This document shows, piece by piece, positions 13,549 to 28,768 of a stretch of DNA of 64,000 bases. Source of the DNA: Octopus vulgaris (taxonomy: Eukaryota); NCBI GenBank assembly GCA_951406725.2, contig OX597826.1, forward strand, positions 54,746,001 to 54,810,000, written 5' to 3'. The notes beneath the pieces were generated by a model. That model did not search any database. It saw nothing but the letters and a program-made list of their open reading frames with translations, and had not been told where the DNA came from. The stretch's first letter is position 1; the number at the start of each line of letters is the position of its first letter. Made by a program: the position numbers and the translations under genes.

Positions 13549-13946
13549 CTGACAAATAGCGTTAAACACGATGATTCAACTTTATATTTTCTATACACCG
13601 ACTTTTATCATTATGAACCTTTCATCGACTTTAAATACGCCATGATGGATATCCGGTCGTTTTTGACCAAACAGTGTCCTAGTTATCCCGGTTGAATCAA
13701 CTCCTTACCCGTAACATTATTATGTGAATGGTGAGGGTGTTGGATTAAGAGAATCTTTAGCGCGTCGGACTATACTTTATGGCATTCAGTTGCGTTACTC
13801 TTGGACAGTATTTCTCAATATGTGGTGCTCACACTTCACCGGTAGTGGGTCCCATGAGAATATTTTGTTGGGACATGGAATTTCAGAGTGGAATGCAAGA
13901 TAGAACCAACCGAATGGCATTTGGAATGAAGTTTTAATTAATTTTT

Positions 13947-13994
<48 letters not shown>

Positions 13995-14217
13995 ATAATA
14001 CATTATTTCAGTTAGGCATAGTGATACTAGTAGCCTGGTATTTGAACTCAATATGCATATGTTTCAGAACAAAGCAAGCGTCAGTAGAATGCCGAGGTGT
14101 AATAAGAAATTAGAATGACAAAGGAATAAGAAATTGTACACTTCATGTTTGAAGCTTCGATGAAGCGTAATACTCAAGTATTCGATTCGGAGTGCATTGC
14201 GTCTTATAACGGAAACA

Positions 14218-14305
14218 GGTGGTAAGCTAGCAGAATTGTTAGCAGTTCAAATACCGCCGAAGTCGACTTTGCCTTTCATCCTTTCAGGATCGATAAAATG
14301 AGTAT
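14218..14305 (+). mobile_element. SINE family A, internally deleted fragment
   Basis: agctagcagaattgttagca joined to gttcaaataccgccgaagtcgactttgcctttcatcctttc. Confidence 0.7.
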
Positions 14306-14457
14306 ACATGCGTGTGCTGTAAATGCTATATATTAAAGTTACTCGTTCCTGGTAGGGTGAATGTGTGGGACAACCCCTCCCCCCAAAAACAAAAAAAAAC
14401 GGAGGCATTTTATCTATTATGTCTTTTTGTCTTTCATCCTTATATCTACAAATAACA

Positions 14458-14699
14458 GAATCATTTGGGGATATAACTTTCGCAAGCCAGGAGGAGGTCG
14501 AAACTGACATTTCAGAGTTCTTCGCTTTGAAACCAAAATAATTTTACATTGATGGGATTAAAAAGCTTGTAAATAGATGGAAGGACGTCATAGATAATTA
14601 GGGAAAGTACATTAATGATTAAATTTCAATTAAATATATAACCTGATCACTTGCTTTCTTTATTGAAAATTCGGACAGAAGTTATGGGATGACCCGATA
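14458..14699 (+). mobile_element. mariner 3' fragment with terminal inverted repeat
   Basis: HLGDITFASQEEVETDISEFFALKP*FYIDGIKKLVNRWKDVIDN*GKYIND* is a typical mariner C-terminus; ends cggacagaagttatgggatgacccga-TA. Confidence 0.8.
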
Positions 14700-14914
14700 C
14701 ATTGACAATATAATCAGGCAACAATTAGGAATTGGATCTTGGATCTGGTGTTCGCTAACGGCTTCGTTGGTTAAACATGTTTCTGTGATACTTTTGCAGG
14801 TGTTTAACCCACGATTAGCACAACTTTAATGTAATAGAGTTATGATCTAAGACATTCGAAAAATCCAAAGATTCTTCCCGAGCCATATATATATATATTT
14901 CTGTTCTTCTGTAC

Positions 14915-14956
14915 CGGACACCGGTCCGTCGCAGGAATACTGAATTTGTGCTGATC
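14915..14956 (-). CDS. Candidate 42-nt micro-exon
   Basis: Minus strand tttattttctctttaacccag|GATCAGCAC...GGTGTCCG|gtacag; length divisible by 3 and open in all frames; GC-richer than flanks. Confidence 0.25.
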
Positions 14957-15499
14957 CTGGGTTAAAGAGAAAATAAATAAATGTAATAATAATATCAACG
15001 AAACGTAACAACAACAACAATAACAACAATATCAGCGACGACCTCATCAGCGACAAAAATATGAAGACAACTTAATTTTGTAATCTGAGTGGATTGGAGC
15101 AAAGGGAAATGAAGTGTTTTGCTCAAGAACAGAATGCATCACCCTGTCTAGGAATCGAAACTACAATGTTGCAAGCATACGTGCAATACCTTAACCACTA
15201 AGCCACGCTCGTTCGCCAAGATCCTTCATGTTTAACCATATCTTCTGCAGAAGCATATTGTATAATTTATAACTTTTTTTTTACTTCAGAGAATGAGATC
15301 GCATTTGAGGGCTATTAGGCTGCTATTTGTGAAACTGAAAACAAGCAGAGGAATAATCCCTATGCGAATTAAATTCAAGCGAGTTACGTAAGAAAATAAT
15401 TTCGATGATTATATTCCCTGCCGGGAATCGAAAATAGAACGTGATATCAAAAATGGACAAAAGAATTAGACAAAAATACCCATACAGACAAAATACATC

Positions 15500-15776
15500 C
15501 AATAATATATATATACACACACAGAATCATAATAAGACATATGTATATATACATGCATACATAGATAGATATATACATACATATATGCATACACATATAT
15601 ATAAATATATATATACATACGTATATATATATACATATATATACATATATATACCTATATACATATATATACTCATAAATACATATATATCATATACATA
15701 CATACATATATATATATGTATATATACATATATATATATATGTGTGTGCATACATACATATATATGTATATATATG

Positions 15777-15844
<68 letters not shown>

Positions 15845-15849
15845 TATAC

Positions 15850-15916
<67 letters not shown>

Positions 15917-16268
15917 CTATGTATACAGGCAGACACCTCTTTATACATAGAAATGATAACAAAAGTAATAAAGGAGATTATAACATTTATGTATTTCTAA
16001 AAATAATATCCCAGAGATAAAGGAAACAATAAAATATAGACAAGTGACATGAGACAATATACCGTAATAGAGATTGACAAATATGTGTACATGTACGCAC
16101 ACATATATCCATATCTATATATGTATATATATATGTGTGTATGTGTGTGTGTACGTGTGTGTGTATGTGTGTGTGTGCATGTGTGGGTAAACATATACAT
16201 TCATATATTTAAATATATTTATTATATGATATAATATAAAATAATATATGACATGATGTTTTATATCA

Positions 16269-16324
<56 letters not shown>

Positions 16325-16559
16325 TAAATGCAGAAACCACACCAAACGTACACAAACACGTACGTGTGCGTGTGTATGAGCCTGCGCAGGTTACGTGTGT
16401 GTGTGTGTATACGGAAGAGAAAGTGGGTGACAGTGAGAGACAAAGACAAGGAGAGAAAAAGAAAGAAAGAGACGGGTAGACAGTGTTATGAATGTATATG
16501 AATGCATATAGCAATGTGTATGTTATACACATATATATATATACTTACCACTATGTTTG

Positions 16560-16594
<35 letters not shown>

Positions 16595-16626
16595 CAGTCA
16601 ATCAATCTATCTGTCTATCTATCTAC

Positions 16627-16675
<49 letters not shown>

Positions 16676-16766
16676 CATCTATCTATCTAACTGTCTGTCT
16701 GTCTGTCTATCTGTCTGTCTGTCTGTCTGTCTCTCTGGCTGTCTGTCTGCCTATCTATTTATTTAT

Positions 16767-16851
<85 letters not shown>

Positions 16852-17027
16852 CACCTATCTATCTATCCACCTATCTATCAATCTATATATCTGTATATTT
16901 CTAAGTCTGTCTAAGTCTGTGTGTGTACGTATGTATGACTGTATACACACACACGCATGCACGCACGCAGGTATGTATAAGTCTATGTGTATTAATGTAT
17001 GCATGCACGAGAATGTATCTATGTATG

Positions 17028-17071
<44 letters not shown>

Positions 17072-17455
17072 ATTGCGTTTGTATAATCTCTGACGCTATC
17101 CCGCAGGTGCGAAGTGAAATTAAGTGAAAGAGCGTACTCAATACTGACTTTCATGAAAGCAATTATATTTATGAAAACGTGGATGAGTCTCAATTGTAAT
17201 GCGGTACTTTACGCTTCCGATTATCGAGCTACATATACACACATACATGCATACATACATACATACATACATACATACATACATACATACATACATACAT
17301 ACATACATACATACATACATACATACATACATACATGCATGCATACATACATTCATGCATGCATACATACATACATACATACATACATACATACATACAT
17401 ACATACATACATACATACATACATACATACATACGTGCATACATACCTACCTCCC

Positions 17456-17488
<33 letters not shown>

Positions 17489-18534
17489 GCATGCATACAT
17501 ACATATATGCATGCATACATACATACATACATACATACATGCATACATACATACATACATATATAAATACATGCATAAATTCATACATATATACATACAT
17601 ATATACATTCATTCATACGTACATACATCAATACATACATATATACATACAAACACATATATCTACATATGTACGTACATGCATACTTAAATACACAGAC
17701 ATAGATACATGCATACATACATATATACATGCATATATATATATATATATATATACATATGAATATACATACGTACATTCATGCATAAATACATACATAT
17801 ATAGATAGACACACATATATTTACATACATATATATATACATACATATGAACATACATGCATAAATACATATATATATATATATATATATACACATTCAT
17901 ACATGCATCCATATAAACATACATATATACATACATACATAATATACATACATGACATACATATATACATACAAAAATGCATACATTCATAACATACATA
18001 CATGACATACATATATAACATATATACATGCGTACATACGTACATACATACTCACACACATACACACACACACACACAGATGAAAAAATCATCATCAACA
18101 TCATCATCAGTAATTATCTGACATGAATAGAAAAAAATTAGACAAATCAGAAATCAGGAAACCCATATAAGCTAAGATACATGCAGCAACGCCATTTGCC
18201 GTACATGTATGCGCACACGCGCGCGGGTGTATATGTGTGCGTGTGAGCATATTCGTATATATGTGTATATGTATATGTAAATATATATGTATGTGTGTAT
18301 GTATATGCGTATATGTGTGTATGTATATACGTATAGGTGTATATGTATATGTGTAAATGTATGTGTAAATGTGTATATGTGTATTTGTATGTGTATATGT
18401 ATATGTGTATATGTATATGTGTGTATGTATATATGCGTATATGCGTGCGTGTGTGTATATTCGTATATATGAATGTATGCATCACTTCCAATCTCTTTCT
18501 CTCTCTTTTTCTTTCTTTCTCTCTCACTCTCCCC

Positions 18535-18599
<65 letters not shown>

Positions 18600-18690
18600 C
18601 TGGATGCAGTACTTTTTGATCTTCCTTAACGCAATAGTAAACTATATCTATATATATCTACACACACGCACATATATATATACACACACA

Positions 18691-18766
<76 letters not shown>

Positions 18767-18929
18767 TGACCCATACCTCTCATTCACTAATGACACGCAC
18801 AGACATATATGCACTAACATGTGTGTGTTCAAATAGTTTTCTAATCTTACATACACACATACATATATACATATATACATACGTATATACATATATACAT
18901 ATATACATATACATATATATATATATATA

Positions 18930-18960
<31 letters not shown>

Positions 18961-19140
18961 GCATATATAAGATATACATGAATACAATCATACATAGACA
19001 TATATATGTATGCGGGCATTTTCAAATATCCTCACATATATACGCGCGCGCATAGGGACACACAAAGACACGGGCACACATACACACACACACACACACA
19101 TACACACACTTTCTCTGTCTCTCTCTCTCTCACACACACA
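15500..19140. repeat. Compound microsatellite field ((TA)n, (CA)n, (TATC)n, (TACA)n, (TC)n) with short unique spacers
   Basis: Directly visible; source of the YI/HT/LSIY pseudo-ORFs. Confidence 0.95.
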
Positions 19141-19149
19141 CTCTCACAC

Positions 19150-19330
19150 GCTGATACATTCCTGTGAACTACAAAAGCAATTGCCAGTTCAATGCTATTC
19201 CCGACACTTCCATCCCATCCCCGTCGTCCCCGAAATGGTCGAGATGGCAAGAGTGACAGACCATAGGAATTGTCTCGGAGTGGACCGGGGCGGGAGCGGG
19301 TGGTTGTCCTGGGTGTGTGTGAGAGTGGAG
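19150..19330. promoter_or_regulatory. GC-rich unique island with a GC box
   Basis: CpG-containing non-repetitive stretch between microsatellites, includes ggggcgggag. Confidence 0.2.
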
Positions 19331-19369
19331 TTTCAATTGATATAATAAAGAGAAAAATATATAAATGTA

Positions 19370-20260
<891 letters not shown>

Positions 20261-21045
20261 TTTGGAAAGTACAATGAATAATAACAACGCAAAATGATTG
20301 ACTTTACGAATCTATAACTTTGTAATCTTGATGACGACATAGAGGAAATGGCGGACTGAAGATGGCTGTGTTTGCAGTGATGGCGATGGTGGTATGTTAT
20401 GGCGGCGATGGCGGCGGCGGCGGTGATAGAGCTGATTGTATGTGTTCGTGTTAATGCTCTATGCATGTAGTGATGGTGTTTGTAGTGGTCAAAGTTGTGG
20501 TGTTTGAAGCTGTAGTAGTCAATGTGGTAGTGACTGAAGATGAAGTGGTCATGGTTGTACTGCTTTTTTTGTGTTGACGGTGATGGCAGTTTCTTGCTAA
20601 AAGAAGTGATGTTTCAAGTTAGCAAATGCTGTGGTTTAGGTAGTAGTATTTAGTGTTTTAGAAGTCTGGATTATTGTTGTAAAGGTAGGGGTGTGTGATA
20701 AGGTGAAGTGATTTCAGTACAAGGACTGGTATTTGTAGTGCTGTTATATGCTGCAGTTTAGGCTGTAGTATTTAATGTGGTAGCGAAGTTGGTAATGGTG
20801 GTAGTGGTGTTAGTAGAGATTATTGTAGTACTAGGGTTGGTATTAGTGACAGTGATATTTTAGTGGTTACTGTTGAAGCAATGGTAGCTTTGTGCAAGCG
20901 TGTGGCCTAGCGGTTTGGCTGTTGGTGTCATGATCGAACGATTATAGCTTCAATTCTTGGACCGAGTGATGAATTGAGTTCTGGAACAAAATGCATCATT
21001 TCACGTTGCTCCAATACACTTCGCGGATACTAATGAGTAATCTAA

Positions 21046-21308
21046 AGGTGTCGAGCTGGTAGAAACGTTAGCACACCGGGCGAAATACTTAGCGGTATTT
21101 CGTCTGCCGCAACGTTCTGAGTTCAAATTCCGCCGAGGTCAACTTTGCCTTTCAACCTTTCAGGGTCGATTAAATAAGTACCATTTACACACTGGGGTCG
21201 ATATAATCGACTTAATCCATTTGTCTCTCCTTGTTTGTCTCCTGTGTGTGTAACCCCTTGTGGACAGTAAAGAAATAAGAAACGTTAGCACACCGGGCGA
21301 AAGGCTTA
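21046..21308 (+). mobile_element. SINE family A with a partial restart of the head after the tail
   Basis: Full unit then aaagaaata-agaaacgttagcacaccgggcgaaa. Confidence 0.85.
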
Positions 21309-21587
21309 CACATAAACACACATAGAAATACAATAAGGAAAGCCTTCTCCTAGAAAGAGCAGCAGAAAACTCAAAACCACCAAATAAGGATAAATTTTCG
21401 AAAGGAATGAAAATTAAAAACGTTTACCATCTCAATTATTTCCCAGACCATGGTTTCTAACTATTTCCAGCAAAAAAAATATTTGCTGAAGGCCAGTTTC
21501 ATCAGTGGGACAGCCTTTCGATTTCAAATACACAACACAGCCAGATCCACATGTAAAACTAACTACTTGTATATTCTAACTTTTCAG

Positions 21588-21633
21588 ACCACTGCGCAGA
21601 CGCAGATTATACCCGGTGACAGAGAGGATGCCG
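21588..21633 (+). CDS. Candidate 46-nt exon
   Basis: Branch-like ctaac plus ttttcag acceptor, GC-rich body, CCG|gtaaaa donor; two frames open. Confidence 0.2.
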
Positions 21634-22104
21634 GTAAAAATTTCGAACAAATTTATCAGAGAATATTTAAACATAATAAATAACAATAGGGTAATAAGAA
21701 ATTATTATTACCAGTGGTCTCGCACAAAAACGAATTAGTCATTGGACTGTATATTATTCACATAGAAATACAGTGCTAGACCACTGTGAATAATAGACCA
21801 CTGGCTAAATGACATCCGTTCAAGGCCGACAACTGCTGTACAACTTACTGCAAGTCTTAACAGTGCGTGGGTTGCTATCCCCATGGCATTCATCAATCGT
21901 TTGGTGCTTTCAATGTTGAGAAGATATCTGTCGGTAATCAACACCAACTGTGGTCACACGAGATATTGAGTTCATATTTTTGGATGAAGGACATTCTGTC
22001 ATCACCTGACCATATATATGACACACATGTTTCAGGAATAACGTTTTATCATGAGGAAAGAACGGTTTCTTAATTAGAACTCTTCAATCAATTCTACGGC
22101 AGTC

Positions 22105-22136
<32 letters not shown>

Positions 22137-22197
22137 CGTGTGTGTATGTGTGTGTATGTATATATATATATTTGTATGTATGTATATATGTATGCTT

Positions 22198-22419
22198 GTC
22201 TTTGTGTGTCTGTATTTGTCCCCCACCATCACCACCATCGCTTGAGAACCGATGTTAGTGTGTTTACGTCCTCGTAACTTAGTGGTTTGGCAAAACCGTG
22301 CGATATAGTAAGCTTATTGCTTACCAGAAATAAGTCCTGGTGTCGATTTGTGCGACTAAAAGCGGTACTCCAGCATGGCCGCAGTCAAATCCCTGAAACA
22401 AGTAAAAGAATAAAAGAGT
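22198..22419 (+). mobile_element. SINE family B, 3' half
   Basis: Matches 54480-54690 (gtgtttacgtcc..gtaacttag..cgactaaa.gcggt.ctccagcatggccgcagtcaaat). Confidence 0.8.
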
Positions 22420-22584
22420 ATATATACATATGTGTGTGTGCGTGTGTATGTGTGTGTGTATGTGCAAGTTCGCATGGGTTATGTGAGTATGTGTTTGCAT
22501 CTATGTCTGCATAAGTATTTGTATTTCTCTTTGTATCTTTGTTTCTCTCGATCTGTGTTTCTGTCTGTCTGACTGTCTGTCTGC

Positions 22585-22654
<70 letters not shown>

Positions 22655-23375
22655 GTCTGTCTGTCTGTCTGTCTGCCTGCTTGCCTGCCTGGATGTATGT
22701 CAGTCTTTCCATTTATCTATCTATCTATTTACATACATCACAAACATACACAGAAATATATATACATATATATATATATATACATTCATATATATATACA
22801 TACATACACATACATATGTATGTTTGTGTATGTACATAAGTATATTTTTATGCGTGCATTCGCGTGAGATTCTGCGTGCGCTTGTTAGTGACTGTTGTGT
22901 GCCTGTGTTTACAGGCGCGCGTGTGTGTATGTGTATGTGTGTGTGTGTGTATGTGTGTGTGTGTTTGTGGTTGAAGTATTGGGGCTGGGGTTACGATGGA
23001 TGACCACAACCTGTGTGATATTTTCAGAGATTAAAGCAAACAGAGGCTACACTATTGCCAAGGTCCACTGCGTTTGTTCGCGTTCCGTTAACGCTGGACT
23101 CTTTGAAGTGTAGACACATAATTATATACGTGTTTAGGTAGGTGCATATATAGGTTACACTACGTGCTGTGTATACTTACATACATACTTATGTATACAT
23201 CCACCCATCCATATATATATATACACATATATATACATATATACATAGATATGTTTGGTAAACACGCATGTTTATATGTATATAGATGTACTTTATCATT
23301 ATGTATATACGTACATACGTATATATGTATATATATATGCACACTAACACATGCTCACGCATGCACACACATACC

Positions 23376-23414
<39 letters not shown>

Positions 23415-23441
23415 CTATATGTACTAATATATTATATGTAC

Positions 23442-23480
<39 letters not shown>

Positions 23481-23685
23481 CATATTCAAATATATATATA
23501 CAAGCAATACATATATGTCTATACATGCGCGGACTGTGTATGTCTGCTTATATATATATATATATATAGACATATATATATATACATACATATATATCTG
23601 TGTGTGTGTATACGTATATGTATATATACATATATATCTGTATATAACACTCTCTATCACTCTGTTTCTGTCTGTCTGATTGTCA

Positions 23686-23726
<41 letters not shown>

Positions 23727-24351
23727 CCTCATGCATCTATATATATATTCCTAGCCTTATGACCACAACTGAAAGTATATTTATGTATGTCTACCTCATG
23801 ACAGATACACGTACGCCCATACTCACCAATACCCAGATTACACCGACAGAAAAGAAAGGAGGACACATGGCAATACATACGTACATACATATATACATAC
23901 ATATATATATATGCATACTGCTATTCTAATGTCAGAAATATATGTACATCCTACCTATATAAATCTATATATAAAAGCACCCAGCTATGCTGTTTACTCG
24001 AATATAAAAAAAACATGATTTCATATATACAGATGACTTTAATATGGTTTGAGTCTTTCATTTGACCCTTTGTCTGTACATATGTTTAGGTTGAACTTAG
24101 TACCTATGTCCAGCTGAGCATTGCTTTTGTGTCCGTATCTGTATTCCTGTATCTACATAGCATTACTCTGGATATGTGGGCACTTATGTGTGTGTGTATA
24201 TATAGATATATACCCACATACCTATGTATATATATATATATGTGTGTGTAAATATATATATATGTGTACATACATATGTCTATATACACAGAGATATGTG
24301 TGCATGTATATATGTAGGTATCTATATATATACGTACCGTACATAAGTGTT

Positions 24352-24425
<74 letters not shown>

Positions 24426-24526
24426 AATATGTGCGTGTGTATGTATGTATGCATGTATGTATATGCGCACATTTGATTTCACACTAATTGTAAACATATT
24501 GGTATATGTAGGCACATAAATATGTG

Positions 24527-24576
<50 letters not shown>

Positions 24577-24617
24577 TATACACACATACATATATATACA
24601 TACATATACATATATAT

Positions 24618-24697
<80 letters not shown>

Positions 24698-25267
24698 TTT
24701 GTATATATATATATATGTTTATTCAACAGAATTCCTGCTATTGGTTAATTCTGTGCGCAGTTTTAATTTTAGTTTTTTTTCTTTTCTTTTATCAAGAAAC
24801 TTGTGTAAAAGTTTGTTTGTTTGCAATACAGCATTGAAGTTTGAAGTCTATGTTTTGTTGCAGTCGAATAAATTCTGGTGGTTGCCTTTCCCAAATATTG
24901 ATGATGCTCTAATGATGGTGATGGCGTTGGTCATTATAATAATTAAAATTGTGTCCAATATGAACAAATGATTATATAGTGGTTTACCTCATTTTAGAAA
25001 TCAAAAGTGCTCCAAGATATACATATATATATATTTTATTAATTTCTGTTATGGACATTTCGTTTTGCGACTATATTTTACTAGAAAGCATATTAAAGTT
25101 TTGCATATCAATATTGTGTCTTAGTCTTTGAGTTAGCAGCGTTAAATTCTTATATTTTCTCTAGACTTCAGAACTATCATTGTACAGATACATTTATTTC
25201 AATAATGGGATTAACGGTAGAAAAATATGGAATTGGTGCATATGCACATTGAAGAGTTATATATAAT

Positions 25268-25657
25268 TTTCTACTCTTGGCGTAAGACCCGAAATTTGGG
25301 GAGCGGTCAGTCGATTAGCTCGATCACAGTACGCAACAGGTACTTAATTCATCGACCCCGAAAGGATGAAAGGCAATGTCGACCTTGGCGGAATTTGAAC
25401 GCAGAACGTAACGGCAGACGAAATACCTATTTCTTTACTACCCACAAGGGGCTAAACACAGAGAGGACAAACAAGGACAGACAAACGGATTAAGTCGACT
25501 ATATCGACCCAGTGCGTAACTGGTACTTAATTTATCGACCCCGAAATGATGAAAGACAAAGTCGACCTCGGCGGAATTTGAACTCTGAACGTAACTGCAT
25601 ACGAAATACCGCTAAGCATTTCGCCCGGCGTGCTAACGATTCTGCCAGCTCGCCGCC
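25268..25657 (-). mobile_element. SINE family A, dimeric copy
   Basis: Reverse complement of head-body-tail1-body-tail2 with junction cagacgaaatacctatttcttta. Confidence 0.88.
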
Positions 25658-25749
25658 GTTCGAGATTTATACATAGCACAGTGTAAGTGGATTTTTGTCC
25701 TTAGGTAGTGACAGTTATCTCCCTTTTGATTACACTTAGAACAAATGAA

Positions 25750-25955
25750 AAATGACTAACATTTCGTTCAAACTTTGCTTTTGTTACATTTATTAAAACC
25801 ACAAAGAATTCCTTTGATGATCCTCCACTATTCCTGCTGATGATCAGAGATGCACATATTGTCAGTCACTAAGGGACATACTTAAGTGGTTAAGACCAAG
25901 CAACTCACAAGCAAATCTATGCTATTTTGCAGAATATTTGCTATAACGATATTTC
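25750..25955 (-). mobile_element. Diverged fragment of the repeat family at 56445-57000 and 57347-57872
   Basis: gatcagagatgcacatattgtcagtcactaagggacata...aagcaaatct...gcagaatatttgct shared. Confidence 0.7.
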
Positions 25956-26620
25956 TGCTTCAGCAACTCAGCGCTGAATCGATCTGAAATGTAATGTAAA
26001 ATAGGTCAGTTTCAAAACATCGACGTCCAGGTCACAAAAGCAAAGTTCGAAGGGAACAGCAACCATTTCCTTTGATTCCTAGCGGCCGGGATATGTCTTA
26101 TAATACTTGAGAGGATGAATAGTAGAATCTAGGATTTTTAAGCTGAAGTTCAGCAGCATATATATACACTACATTAATGGCGTATGCGTCTAATATTTTC
26201 CTAAAATGGCTGACTTATTGATCTAATGTTAGCAATGTTCTGCTTGATACATGATTGGATATTTAGTAAAAAGCTGCCGTGGTTCTACAGTTCTTAAGGG
26301 TATTTGACTCCGTAGCAATGCAGTATAAGTTTTCTTTCCTCTCATCGGGATACTCAGCTAATCATAACTGCTCTCTTTCTTCCGTCATGGACATTTTTGC
26401 TACAATATTTTTATTTAAACATACAGCCTTTGTTGCAATTAATTTTGAATGCGTCGAAGAATTTAGTAAAATAACTTAGACATTATTGAGCTAGTGTTTG
26501 GATCATAATGTGAGATTTTGGGGGAAGGTTTTAATTTCGATCGCATGAAAATAGAAAGTGAGTACAGAGAAGCATCGGTCGTCTCTGAAGGGTTGGTATT
26601 AAAAGGGTTAAGGTTTATCA

Positions 26621-27240
26621 CCACTCCTCTATTCTAACTTTTAAATTCCTCCTTGCTTTTCCTTTATAAGATCTTCTGCAAGTACATGGGATGTCATATG
26701 TAAAGTTCTTAAGTTATTTGAAGCCTTTCCTTAGGACATCGACGAGGATTCGGCTAATTTGATGAACATAGATTAAATATAAGCAGCGAAAATTCTATGA
26801 AATTCTCTTAGATAATCCCTTGCAACAGAGTCACAGTAGAATTTAGTTTGGTCTTTAATTTATGTTCGGGAGTGGATATATGAGGGATTAAATGTATATT
26901 ATCTTGAAATGTAATTTTCGGGTTGTTACTTTCTTCTGTTATACGCTGTTACATTTGTATAGATTTTTTGTTGCTTGATGTTGTAGACTTTGGCAGTTCC
27001 TTTCGATGGGTGGTTAAACTTACAGTTTATGAAATATCCAGTGCCTGCAGTCGTACGGGAATCTGGTGTATTGATTGCTACCTCTTTCAGTCCTTTTCAA
27101 CACAACTTCGATGATTGCCAGCTGGTTGTTATTTTACCTCGCCGAAGGAAATTCGTTTGTATAGTGAGAATACGTGGTCTCTAAGAGTATGGACTGCAAG
27201 AATACATAGAATTCCTTTTGGTGTTGCTAGAGTACCAGGT
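26621..27240 (-). mobile_element. Penelope-like element remnant with GIY-YIG endonuclease segment
   Basis: 26710-26621 translates KNFTYDIPCTCRRSYKGKARRNLKVRIEE, matching the PLE pattern VY.IPC.C...YIG.T.R.L..RI.EH; upstream extent is approximate. Confidence 0.6.
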
Positions 27241-27262
27241 TGTCATCCATAATGAAGATATA

Positions 27263-27827
27263 TTGAGTTCTCCGGTAAGTTCGTGCCGATTTTTAGTAGC
27301 TTACCTTTCGACTTATTTTAGAACATGGTTGAGTCCACAAAATAGGATTTGACTACACCTCCATTTAGAGCACAGTTTAAGCTATCTTTTCGTCGAAGAA
27401 GATTTATGTTCCTATAACCTGAGTTAATTCTGTAACCCTTTAAAATGGAAGATAAGAAAGTTCATTTTCGGCACTTGAGGCTTTGGGAACCAGACAAAAA
27501 TTGCTGCAGCTCGGCTAGGATGTGTTACCCCACCCTCCATATTCACCAGATATTGCTCCTTCGGATTTCCACTTATTTAGGTCTCTGCAGTATAGTCTTA
27601 ATAGTAAAAATTTCAATTCTTTGGATGACGTAAAAAGATACCTTGATGAATTCTGTGCCATGAAACCACCTCCGTTCTGGGAAGAGGGTATTTTCAAGTT
27701 AAAGGAAAGATGGAGACGCATTGTGCAACAGAATGGTTCATGCTTGGTTGATTAAAAATGTAATGGCAATTATTTATTGACCTTTTCTTTCCTTTAAAAG
27801 TCGACACGAACTTTCCGGACAAGCCAA
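27263..27827 (+). mobile_element. Internally deleted non-autonomous mariner element with both TIRs and TA target duplication
   Basis: TA-ttgagttctccggtaagttcgtgccgattt ... aagtcgacacgaactttccggacaagccaa-TA; MEDKKVHFRHL fused to LPHPPYSPDIAPSDFHLFRSLQ. Confidence 0.92.
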
Positions 27828-27859
27828 TAGATCTCACTATATTTGTCTTCCAAATTCTC

Positions 27860-28330
27860 TATGCAGGCGTTTGCCATTTCTGTTGATATGGGTAATCTCG
27901 TTTACTGCACGGGAATTCACTTGGTGCTGCTAGAGTACGAAATCGTTTTCCATTGCAGGTTTCAGTATTGTACAAAATAGAGCTACGAACTTCCAAGCAC
28001 TCCAGTGAGCTGTTAGCAATTCTATTGATATTGGTAAACATTTAGAATTGATTAATATTGATTGCATTACAGTAAAATTATCGATGCGGAAACAGCCATT
28101 CCTTGCCATGTGTTAACATTTCCAAGATATAATCAATTGGCATTCTGCTCTGTTCCTGATGAGTTTCGTAATTTCAGTCAAATACTGATAAGTGATAAAA
28201 CCCGTTGTGAAAAAAGGCCCAACGCATCGGAACTGATCATTTAGTAGGGCATGAGAGTATGTTGATGGTTTTTCTCATAACATTTCTGCTGAATGAGATG
28301 GAGACAGAGGGCCTGGCATTCTGATAATCT
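27860..28330 (-). mobile_element. Possible RTE-like LINE remnant
   Basis: VRSSILYNTET resembles the post-RT V.S.LLYG.ETW motif; heavily decayed. Confidence 0.35.
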
Positions 28331-28544
28331 ACACTTGACAATATTATATGAGAGAGACATCAAGTTTGATAAACTATAATTTGCAGTTTTTCTATAGCTC
28401 CATGTTAACTGTGATCAGAACACATTCCAAACGTGGCCATCAAGTCTCTTTTGTATTGCTGTTAACATGTATCTATAGTCGCTTCATCATATATATATAT
28501 ATATATATATATATGTTTGTCTATATCTTTTATTTTTTACTTGA

Positions 28545-28710
28545 GGAAATTTTAGTCGAACGAATCGACCCTAGTTCTTAATATTTTAAAGCTAGGTACT
28601 TATTCTGTCCGTCTTTCATAACGAACCGTTAAGTTACGAGTGTGTAAGCACAGCAACTCCATTTTTGTCAAGCAGTGGTGTGGGTGACAAACACAGACAC
28701 GAAGACACAC
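28545..28710 (-). mobile_element. SINE family B, 3' part
   Basis: tttagtcgaacgaatcgaccc..gtacttattct..gaaccgttaagttacg..gacaaacacagacac. Confidence 0.7.
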
Positions 28711-28736
28711 ACACACAAACACGTATGTATAATGAG

Positions 28737-28759
<23 letters not shown>

Positions 28760-28768
<9 letters not shown>

